Below are positions 1-7,168 of a stretch of 16,293 nucleotides of DNA, in pieces (position 1 is the stretch's first letter; every line of letters begins with the position of its first letter). Position numbers and translations under genes: made by a program. The DNA is from Candidatus Thalassarchaeaceae archaeon (lineage in GTDB: Archaea; Thermoplasmatota; Poseidoniia; Poseidoniales; Thalassarchaeaceae). Below the pieces are notes generated by a model. That model was not told where the DNA came from. It worked only from the letters and a program-made list of their open reading frames with translations, and made no database searches. The stretch lies in NCBI GenBank assembly GCA_030747675.1, contig JASLKH010000053.1, forward strand, positions 1-16,293. The letters run 5' to 3'.

Positions 1-723
1 AAGAATTTGTTCATCGGCTAGGAAATCAATCATGAAGTCGGGTGACCTTTGCCGATGCATGAATAGTTGTGCACCTATCGAGCCATCTGACAAACCAGGA
101 ATTATGATGGGGATTCTGTGTTTTGCTGCCCAATACAACAGACTACTTTCATCCTTTATTCTATCTCCAAGGGCCCAACATAATTCAACACTACCGAAAT
201 TCTTCCACGGGTTTTCAGGGTTTTCTTCAATTCTTTCTTGTTCAATTTCTTCTAGCCATGGGAGTACATTCCCTTCCAATATATCGCCATAGCACTCGTT
301 TGGGATGATTACATTGCCAAGTCTATTGAGTCCTTGTTCTCCTAATTCGACATCATCAAGCTCAAATGCGCCGTGATAGTATGCTTGGTATGTACGAGCA
401 ATATCGTGATCCAATGTCCCACAGGTTGTTACAACAATATTGAAAGATTTCTTTTTGAGGGCTTCTACGAAGAAGCCACGGGTGCCAGTTGCGCACAAAC
501 ACGCAGGGAATGAGAGCCAATTTAGAACACCATCTTCGGAAACTTTAGCCATGGAATCTCGAAGGATATCGCGTGCATGTGCAAGTTTTGTGGCGGTAAA
601 CCCACCTGCTTTGGACATTTGATCGATTAATGACGGCACACCAGTAACATGCTCAAATTTGTAATCTTCAACAGGGACGTTGAAATCACCAGCATCCAAT
701 GTCACGTGAATCGTTTTCCCCAC
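1..723 (-). CDS. dys: Deoxyhypusine synthase (3'-truncated by window edge; not in the ORF track)
   Basis: Manual translation from GTG at 723-721 stays open to base 1: MGKTIHVTLDAGDFNVPVEDY...AGGFTATKL...SFPACLCATGTRG...VVTTCGTLDHDIARTYQAYYHGAFELDDVELGEQGLNRLGNVIIPNECYG...LLYWAAKHRIPIIIPGLSDGSIG. These are typical archaeal DHS motifs. An in-frame TAA lies upstream of the GTG. Confidence 0.93.
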   Translation of the reverse strand, partial: MGKTIHVTLDAGDFNVPVEDYKFEHVTGVPSLIDQMSKAGGFTATKLAHARDILRDSMAKVSEDGVLNWLSFPACLCATGTRGFFVEALKKKSFNIVVTTCGTLDHDIARTYQAYYHGAFELDDVELGEQGLNRLGNVIIPNECYGDILEGNVLPWLEEIEQERIEENPENPWKNFGSVELCWALGDRIKDESSLLYWAAKHRIPIIIPGLSDGSIGAQLFMHRQRSPDFMIDFLADEQIL

Positions 724-772
724 TGCCCTTTCAGTCTTGAATGGAGCGGTCAGAAGCCCAGCACTAAATTAT

Positions 773-3112
773 TCAATTGGTTTTTCTATTTTCTAATTGG
801 AAAATTCTATCTCTTAAATTAGCTGCCCGTTCGAACTCTAATCTTGCAGCAGCTTGCATCATTTCCTTTTTCAATCGACCAAGGATGTCGTTGGAATGGG
901 CCTCCGTAATGATATCATCTTCATGTTCAGGTTGCGATATATTGTCAACAATTGATTCACCAAACCAAGAGCCAGCACCTAATTCAAAGTCCTTGATTAG
1001 ATCTGGTTTGGCAATGACACCTCCTCCTCCCTTCCCCACTAATCGTTTGCCACCTGAAACACCTTTTCCAGCGGTCCCTGCTAGGAGATGCTCAGTTTCT
1101 ACACCCATTACTGGTAACGCTTTTTCAATTGTTTTAGGTGTAATGTTGTTTTCTGTATTGTAAATCTCTTGTCTCTTCCTTCGCTCAATTGTTTGCGATA
1201 TAGCAGCCTCCATTGCAGTCCCCATTGAATCGGCATAGAGTATGACTCTTCCATTTTCATTACGTGAGGCTCTACCTATTGTTTGTAACAGACTTCTTTC
1301 ATTCCTGAGAAAACCCTCTTTATCTGCATCAAAAATAGTCACAAGCGCAACCTCGGGAATATCTAGGCCTTCACGCAATAAATTAATTCCAACGATTACA
1401 TCAATATATCCAATTCGAAGAGCTTTGATGATTTCGCTACGTTCAATAGTGTCAATTTCGGAATGCAAATAATGTGCTTTCACACCCATGCGTTGCAAAT
1501 ATTCTGCTACTTCTTCTGCAAATTTGATTGTTAGAACTGTGACTAACACGCGTTGATTCAAGCTTACACATTCTGTAATTTCATCCAATAAATCTTGAAC
1601 TTGCCCTTCAGTGGGCCGAACTTCAATATTCGGATCCAATAAGCCAGTTGGCCGGATTTCCATTTTTATTATACCATCAATTTCCGCGAGTGCATCTTTC
1701 AATAGTGCCCTCCTTTTTGGTTGTTTTAATTCAGGTTCAGTTACCCCCCCATTGCCATATACATGTAATAAATTTTCAGGAATAGGCTGATTCGTGACTT
1801 CACAAAGGTGACGTAATTCTCTTTCTCCAGGTGTTGCAGAGACATAGAGCATTTGAGGCACTAGTGATTGAAATTCACCAATTTTCAGCGGTCTGTTATC
1901 AGCAGCAGAAGGTAGGCGGAACCCATGTTCGATTAAGTTCTCTTTTCGACTTTTATCTCCGGCGTACATTCCACCTAACTGAGGTAGTGTGACGTGACTT
2001 TCATCCATAACTACTAGGAATTTTTCTGGATTTCCATGGAACGTTTTTGCGCACGCTGCAAAAAAATCGAGTAGACAATACGGCCTTTCACCGTAATTTC
2101 GCCCATCAAAATGCATAGAATAATTTTCAATACTTCGACAATGTCCAATTTCTCGCAATAAGTCAAGATCGTACTTAGTCTTCGTTTCGATTCTATGCGC
2201 CTCGAGATTTTTCCCTACCTTTTCGAAAAACGAAATACGTTGATCTAGTTCAAATTCTATATCCTCTAATGATTGATCGAACCTTTCCTGTCCAGTCATG
2301 AAGAATTCTTTTGGATGAATCCACGCTTCTTCAATCTCGTCTAAGGGCTCCCATGAGACCGCTTCGCATACATCTATTTGGCAAATACCATCTAGGTCAA
2401 ATCGAATTCGCAAAGGGTCATCTCGAGAAGGCATCCATATGTCAAGAACTTCGCCACGTAGGCGAATTTCACCCTTCGATATTTCACCAGCGACTCTTCG
2501 ATATTGTAATCCGATTAATTCCCGAACAACCTCTCGGGGCTCAACTTCTTGCCCAATATGGATTCTCAAATGCTGTTGAAGAAACGTTTCAGGGGGATTT
2601 AGCCCGTAAATTGCTGAAACCGTCGCTACTGCAACTACATCGGGCCTACTAACTAATGATGCTACTGTTGAAAACCGTTCCTGCTCTATTCGCTCATTCA
2701 TTGACAACTCTTTTTCGATGTATAGATCCCTCTTTGGAAGATAGGCTTCAGGTTGGTAGTAGTCATAGTGTGAAACAAAGTATTCAACAGCATTCTTTGG
2801 GAAAAGGGCGGACATCTCTTGCCATAATTGTCGAGCAAGTGTTTTGTTGTGCGACAGAATTAGAGTTGGTATATTCATGGCTTCGATAATATTTGCCATG
2901 GCGAATGTCTTACCTGAACCAGTTACCCCCAACATCACACATCTGGATTGGGAATTTTCCAATTGGAAAATTGTTTTTTCAATTGCTTTTTCTTGGTCAC
3001 CTTCTGGTTGAAAGTGAGCATCTAATTTGAATTTTGCAATTCTTGGGTCTAAGTGGGCTTTTGCAGCCCCTTCCAATGCTTTGGATAGATCAAAAGGATC
3101 TCTTTCAGTCAT
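773..3112 (-). CDS. uvrB: Excinuclease ABC subunit B (UvrB)
   Basis: Walker A GVTGSGKT, beta-hairpin YDYYQPEAY, DESH, SATP, RPTGLLDP, GINLLREGLDIPEV, QTIGRASRN and a C-terminal UVR coil (AAARLEFERAANLRDRI). Start placed at ATG 3112, which overlaps the upstream stop as ATGA, rather than at 3142. Confidence 0.97.
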   Translation of the reverse strand: MTERDPFDLSKALEGAAKAHLDPRIAKFKLDAHFQPEGDQEKAIEKTIFQLENSQSRCVMLGVTGSGKTFAMANIIEAMNIPTLILSHNKTLARQLWQEMSALFPKNAVEYFVSHYDYYQPEAYLPKRDLYIEKELSMNERIEQERFSTVASLVSRPDVVAVATVSAIYGLNPPETFLQQHLRIHIGQEVEPREVVRELIGLQYRRVAGEISKGEIRLRGEVLDIWMPSRDDPLRIRFDLDGICQIDVCEAVSWEPLDEIEEAWIHPKEFFMTGQERFDQSLEDIEFELDQRISFFEKVGKNLEAHRIETKTKYDLDLLREIGHCRSIENYSMHFDGRNYGERPYCLLDFFAACAKTFHGNPEKFLVVMDESHVTLPQLGGMYAGDKSRKENLIEHGFRLPSAADNRPLKIGEFQSLVPQMLYVSATPGERELRHLCEVTNQPIPENLLHVYGNGGVTEPELKQPKRRALLKDALAEIDGIIKMEIRPTGLLDPNIEVRPTEGQVQDLLDEITECVSLNQRVLVTVLTIKFAEEVAEYLQRMGVKAHYLHSEIDTIERSEIIKALRIGYIDVIVGINLLREGLDIPEVALVTIFDADKEGFLRNERSLLQTIGRASRNENGRVILYADSMGTAMEAAISQTIERRKRQEIYNTENNITPKTIEKALPVMGVETEHLLAGTAGKGVSGGKRLVGKGGGGVIAKPDLIKDFELGAGSWFGESIVDNISQPEHEDDIITEAHSNDILGRLKKEMMQAAARLEFERAANLRDRIFQLENRKTN
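2953..2972. repeat. Perfect 20-bp palindrome AATTTTCCAATTGGAAAATT; near-copies at 787-806, 4235-4254 and 16092-16111
   Basis: Direct comparison gives 20/20, 18/20, 17/20 and 18/20 matches. Confidence 0.7.
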
Positions 3113-3960
3113 GATGCCACCAGCCCAGCTAGAAGGACCCAACCGGTGAGGACACTTGTGTAGAATAGGGATTTTTGGAAATCAATAAGTTTCTCTTGTC
3201 GAGAAATTACGCCGATGTTGACTAGTGCCATTATGCCCGCAAATAATACGAATAGAGTGGATTTTTGTGGAGCAGCTACAGCAAAGCATGCAAACCAAAG
3301 TAGAGTTAATTGCATTGATGTAAACCTCGTTGCCTTTTTGCCAAATGTTGCAGGAAATGATTTGATTCCATTTTTGCGATCGTTGTCCACATCCATTAAT
3401 GCATAATTCAGATCAAATGCAGCAATCCAGCACATCACCCCAAATGCTGTGAACCAAATTTCGGGATACCAGTGGTATTCTGTAATTGCAGCCCACCCCA
3501 AATCCTCTCCAACAATGCCTAGCCAGGCACCAGCAGGAGCTAGGCCTAAGCATAGACCTAGCCAAAAATGACACCCCCAAGTGTATCGTTTTGTGTAGGG
3601 GTATATCACAAAAGCAATTACTGGAAGCCATGACATTTTGAGGGCGACAGTATTCAATTGCCCTGCACCAATTACTAGCATCGATAAGAAAATCAGACAT
3701 AACGTCCAAGCAGTAGTTAGGGTAATACTTCCTTTTACCAGGTGCCTTTCTGCAGTTCGTGGATTTTTCGAGTCAATATCTCGGTCGATGATTCTGTTAA
3801 GCGACATTGCTAATCCTCTCGCTCCAATAGCTGCAATGAGAATCCAGATAATTTCGCTTAGGGTGGGACTCCCTGCGATTATCGCCCCCATAAATACGAA
3901 TGGCAATGAGAAGAGGGTGTGTTCAATTTTTACAAATTCTGTAATTTCTTTCAGACCCAA
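3109..3960 (-). CDS. ubiA: UbiA-family aromatic prenyltransferase (MqnP / 4-hydroxybenzoate polyprenyltransferase-like)
   Basis: KIEHTLFSLPF N-terminus, Asp-rich motifs NRIIDRDIDSKNPRT and YALMDVDNDRKNG, YPYTKR, and multiple TM helices. TTG start with GAGGTG 5 nt upstream. Confidence 0.9.
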   Translation of the reverse strand: MGLKEITEFVKIEHTLFSLPFVFMGAIIAGSPTLSEIIWILIAAIGARGLAMSLNRIIDRDIDSKNPRTAERHLVKGSITLTTAWTLCLIFLSMLVIGAGQLNTVALKMSWLPVIAFVIYPYTKRYTWGCHFWLGLCLGLAPAGAWLGIVGEDLGWAAITEYHWYPEIWFTAFGVMCWIAAFDLNYALMDVDNDRKNGIKSFPATFGKKATRFTSMQLTLLWFACFAVAAPQKSTLFVLFAGIMALVNIGVISRQEKLIDFQKSLFYTSVLTGWVLLAGLVAS

Positions 3961-5831
3961 GTTCTCACCTCTTTCTCATACCATTGGTCAACGCGATCCT
4001 GTAAGTCAGGGGGGTGTAAGCAAACAGCAGGCCATCTTCTAATTGGCACCTTTCCTCGCTTAGAAGGAATTGGGGCTGTAGCATCCCAGCACACTCTTTT
4101 TCTTGCATCATCGAAGTGTAAATCTCGGCTTACTTCAAACCTGCAAAATAGTCGCCATAATAATTCTCTTTGAATACCTTGATTGTCGAGATTAATTTCA
4201 TCGTCGGTGATAAATAGCCACCTCAAGTTATCTGAATTTTCTAATTGCCAAATTGAATTCCTCAATTGACTAATTTTCTCCTTTTGTCCACGGGCACCTT
4301 CTTCATTTGAAATTTCTACATTTTCGTTAGGCGAGGGCCCCCCATCGATTTCAGTTGTAATAATAGCAATTGAACTGCGCAGCATCTTTGCTTGAGTAAC
4401 ACCCTTTACTCCACGAATTTTTTCGATGATGCTATCTCCTGGACCAAGAGGTATTTTTTCCCCATGCCGCGGATCCTTTTCAGGTGGCGTTGTAGCGTCG
4501 ATTAGTAACTTGCTGTGTACATTTTCCCAAGGTGAGGCGTGTGCAAGTTGGTCAGCGACCATTCCATCTAAGGTGATTAAATCTTCTTGGATATTGACAC
4601 TATTATCAATTGCATCTAAAAAAGCCTCTAGGTCTTTTACAGGGTGGCCTTCATTTACAGTAGTAATTGTTTTCAGAAACATCATTTGTCCAGCTCCAAG
4701 TAATCCCAATGCAGTTTTTCTTGCTTGTCTGGGGTATCGTTGCTTACTTGCCACAATTGCGAGATTATGGAATCCAGTTTCTAGAGGTAAGAACAAGTCT
4801 TGTACATCTCTGTGCTGAAACTGTAGAACTGGGTGAAATGCATCCCCGATGGCCTCACCAAGATAACCATCTTCCATGGGGGGTTTTCCAACAATTGTCA
4901 TTGGAATAACAGCATCTTTGCGATGTGTAATTGCTGTTACATGTAGGACTGGATATTCGCTTTCTAACGAATAATGTCCAAAATGATCTCCAAATGGCCC
5001 TTCAGTACGAGTTTCACTAGGGATGGTATATCCTTCTATAATTACATCACATTCGGCTGGAACGTACAGATCTTGGGTGAGGCATTTGGTAATTCTAAGT
5101 CTCCGATTACCCAATAGTCCAGCAAACATGTATTCTTCCAAGTTATCAGGTAGAGGCGAAATCGCACTAAACATGACTTCGGGGGGCCCTCCTAAGCAAA
5201 TTGCAACAGGCATTTTACCGCTGGTGGTTGCAGCATGATCGGCACCATGCTTGTGAATTTGCCAGTGAAGACCCACTTCTTTAGGACCAAAAATTTGCCC
5301 CCTATACATGCCAAGGTTATGCTCTCCAGAGGACTGATCTTTAGTCACTACAAGTGGTAAAGTTATGAATGGGCCACCATCATCCTTCCATGTTGTTGGA
5401 ATAGGTAGTTTGGTTAAATCGGGATTTTTCATTCTAATTTGCTGGCAGGCCCCTTTACGTACTTTTTTTGGTGGTAATGAAAAAGCACTTTTTGCCAATG
5501 GAATTGCTTTCCAAGGCCGTTTCACAAAGGCTCCAATGTCAGGTTTCATTAGTGCAACTAATTTTTTCCCAATTTCTGATGGAGAATTTACTCTTAGAGC
5601 ATGATTAGTACGCCTTCTTGTACCAAACAAATTCATGGCAAGAGGGATAGTGGAGATTGTTCCATCTGCAAGTTTAGGTTGCTCGAAAATAACGGCAGGA
5701 CCACCGTTTTTTACAAGTTTATCAGCAATACAACCTGCTTCCAGATAACAATCGATAGGCTCCTTGATTCGAATGAGGTCAGCCTTGTCTTCCAAGGCTT
5801 GGATGTATCGACCCAACCGGCGCCAGCCCAT
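3951..5831 (-). CDS. ubiD: UbiD-family prFMN-dependent decarboxylase, menaquinone (futalosine pathway MqnL)-like long form
   Basis: NLFGT, GGPFITLP, NLGMYR, HWQIHKHG, EGPFGDHFGHY, GKPPMEDGYLG and GFHNLAIVASKQRYP motifs. 626 aa with an extra C-terminal domain. Confidence 0.92.
   Translation of the reverse strand: MGWRRLGRYIQALEDKADLIRIKEPIDCYLEAGCIADKLVKNGGPAVIFEQPKLADGTISTIPLAMNLFGTRRRTNHALRVNSPSEIGKKLVALMKPDIGAFVKRPWKAIPLAKSAFSLPPKKVRKGACQQIRMKNPDLTKLPIPTTWKDDGGPFITLPLVVTKDQSSGEHNLGMYRGQIFGPKEVGLHWQIHKHGADHAATTSGKMPVAICLGGPPEVMFSAISPLPDNLEEYMFAGLLGNRRLRITKCLTQDLYVPAECDVIIEGYTIPSETRTEGPFGDHFGHYSLESEYPVLHVTAITHRKDAVIPMTIVGKPPMEDGYLGEAIGDAFHPVLQFQHRDVQDLFLPLETGFHNLAIVASKQRYPRQARKTALGLLGAGQMMFLKTITTVNEGHPVKDLEAFLDAIDNSVNIQEDLITLDGMVADQLAHASPWENVHSKLLIDATTPPEKDPRHGEKIPLGPGDSIIEKIRGVKGVTQAKMLRSSIAIITTEIDGGPSPNENVEISNEEGARGQKEKISQLRNSIWQLENSDNLRWLFITDDEINLDNQGIQRELLWRLFCRFEVSRDLHFDDARKRVCWDATAPIPSKRGKVPIRRWPAVCLHPPDLQDRVDQWYEKEVRTWV
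3966..3971 (-). promoter_or_regulatory. Shine-Dalgarno site (GAGGTG) for the TTG start of ubiA, embedded in the ubiD 3' end
   Basis: Minus strand reads GAGGTG-AGAAC-TTG. Confidence 0.75.
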
Positions 5832-5875
5832 GGTGTCCGGAGACGTTCCTACTATGAAATGAAGTGCAAGAGCCT

Positions 5876-5892
5876 CGGTGCCTACGGCACCG
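5876..5892. promoter_or_regulatory. Perfect inverted repeat centred in the divergent ubiD / reductase intergenic region
   Basis: CGGTGCC-TAC-GGCACCG. The repeat is seen directly; its function is inferred. Confidence 0.5.
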
Positions 5893-5928
5893 TTGTATTG
5901 AAAGCCCGAGTTGGTACATTCCAGTCCG

Positions 5929-7164
5929 ATGGCACAGGCCGAATCTCACTGCGATGTCCTTGTAGTTGGGGCTGGACCAGGGGGTTCTTCTGCGGCTTTA
6001 CATTGTGCTAGAGCTGGATTAAATGTGACTTTAATTGAAGATCATAGCGAAATTGGGGTGCCAGTACATTGTGGTGAATGCCTGTCTGAATTGGCAGTGT
6101 CTAATTTAAATCTCATTTTACCCGAAGATGTAATTTCAAAACGAGTTGAGGGTATACGAGTTTTATTCCCTGATGGGACCGCAAAGCGATTATCTGAGCC
6201 CGGATATGTTTTGGAGAAGCATCTGTTTGAGCAATGGATTGCAAATCAGGCAGCAGAAGCAGGCGCAACCGTATCCTTGTCGCACAAACTAACTGGTTTG
6301 GAGAGACTTGAATCTAAGGGAGAATTTGTAGGCTGGAATTGTATAGGGAAAGGTGAAAAATTCCCCCTTAAGGCAAAAATTATCATTGATGCATCTGGCG
6401 TTGCAGGTGTATGTTCCAAACTTCTTGAACTGAATCCACGTCCAAAAGTAATAGCTGGAATGCAATACGAAATGCACGACGTCCCAACTGATAATTATCT
6501 CGATTTTTATATCTGGCCTAAATACGCAAAAAAAGGATATCTTTGGATGATTCCAAAATGTGATGGGCGTGCAAATGTCGGTCTTGTAACCGAAGACAAG
6601 AAAGGAGCGGTGAAGGACTTGGATGCCTTTATCGAAAACACACATTTTCAAGACTTGATTAAAGAAAACCCTCCTTGGCGAAATAGTGAAGGGAAAATAC
6701 GTGGCTTTGGAGGAACAATTCCAATTTCAGGCCCACATGAACATACATATGCCGACGGCCTCATGCTAGTAGGCGATGCTGCCGGATTCACCTCACCTCT
6801 CTTTGAAGGTGGCTCACACCTTGCACTAAAATCAGCACTTTTTGCCGCACAAACAGCCGCAAAAGCACTCGCTTTGGGTGATTTTTCGGATAAGATACTT
6901 TCAGAATATCAGAAACTATGGAAAGCAGAATTTCCTCCTTATGAAAAAATTCTCAAAGGGAAAACAGCGTTATACAATTTATCAGATCATGAAATGTCAA
7001 TTATGGGCCGCTGCTTCCCCGAAGAAATGAGCAACATGGGTATTAGTGGAAAAGTGGTGGTAGGTGCACGTTTATTGATACGAAAACCAAGTCTTTACTC
7101 CAAGCGAATTATTCCAGCAATGTTGGCATTTGGCTATAGTCGTGCTAAGTACTATGGTTGGTGA
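5929..7164 (+). CDS. Geranylgeranyl reductase family FAD-dependent oxidoreductase (DGGGPL-reductase-like)
   Basis: DVLVVGAGPGG FAD motif, PVHCGEC, GYLWMIP (variant of YxWxFP), ANVGL, and GDAAGFTSPLFEGG. ATG 5929 preferred; the ORF is open from TTG 5911. Confidence 0.88.
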   Translation: MAQAESHCDVLVVGAGPGGSSAALHCARAGLNVTLIEDHSEIGVPVHCGECLSELAVSNLNLILPEDVISKRVEGIRVLFPDGTAKRLSEPGYVLEKHLFEQWIANQAAEAGATVSLSHKLTGLERLESKGEFVGWNCIGKGEKFPLKAKIIIDASGVAGVCSKLLELNPRPKVIAGMQYEMHDVPTDNYLDFYIWPKYAKKGYLWMIPKCDGRANVGLVTEDKKGAVKDLDAFIENTHFQDLIKENPPWRNSEGKIRGFGGTIPISGPHEHTYADGLMLVGDAAGFTSPLFEGGSHLALKSALFAAQTAAKALALGDFSDKILSEYQKLWKAEFPPYEKILKGKTALYNLSDHEMSIMGRCFPEEMSNMGISGKVVVGARLLIRKPSLYSKRIIPAMLAFGYSRAKYYGW

Positions 7165-7168
7165 TCAA

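Noticed and set aside
32-622. Plus-strand ORFs 32-292, 123-308 and 440-622
   Set aside because: They are antisense shadows of the deoxyhypusine synthase gene and carry no recognisable motifs.
3113-3142. Longer starts given by the ORF track (uvrB 3142, ccmF 7130, slyD 9455, DUF63 10195, MCC beta 11563)
   Set aside because: Downstream ATGs fit SD spacing or stop/start overlap better and avoid long overlaps.
5845-5910. TATA-like elements (TTTCATA on minus about 25 bp before ubiD; ATTGAAAG about 28 bp before the reductase)
   Set aside because: Positions fit leaderless promoters, but the match to the archaeal consensus is too weak to call without TSS data.
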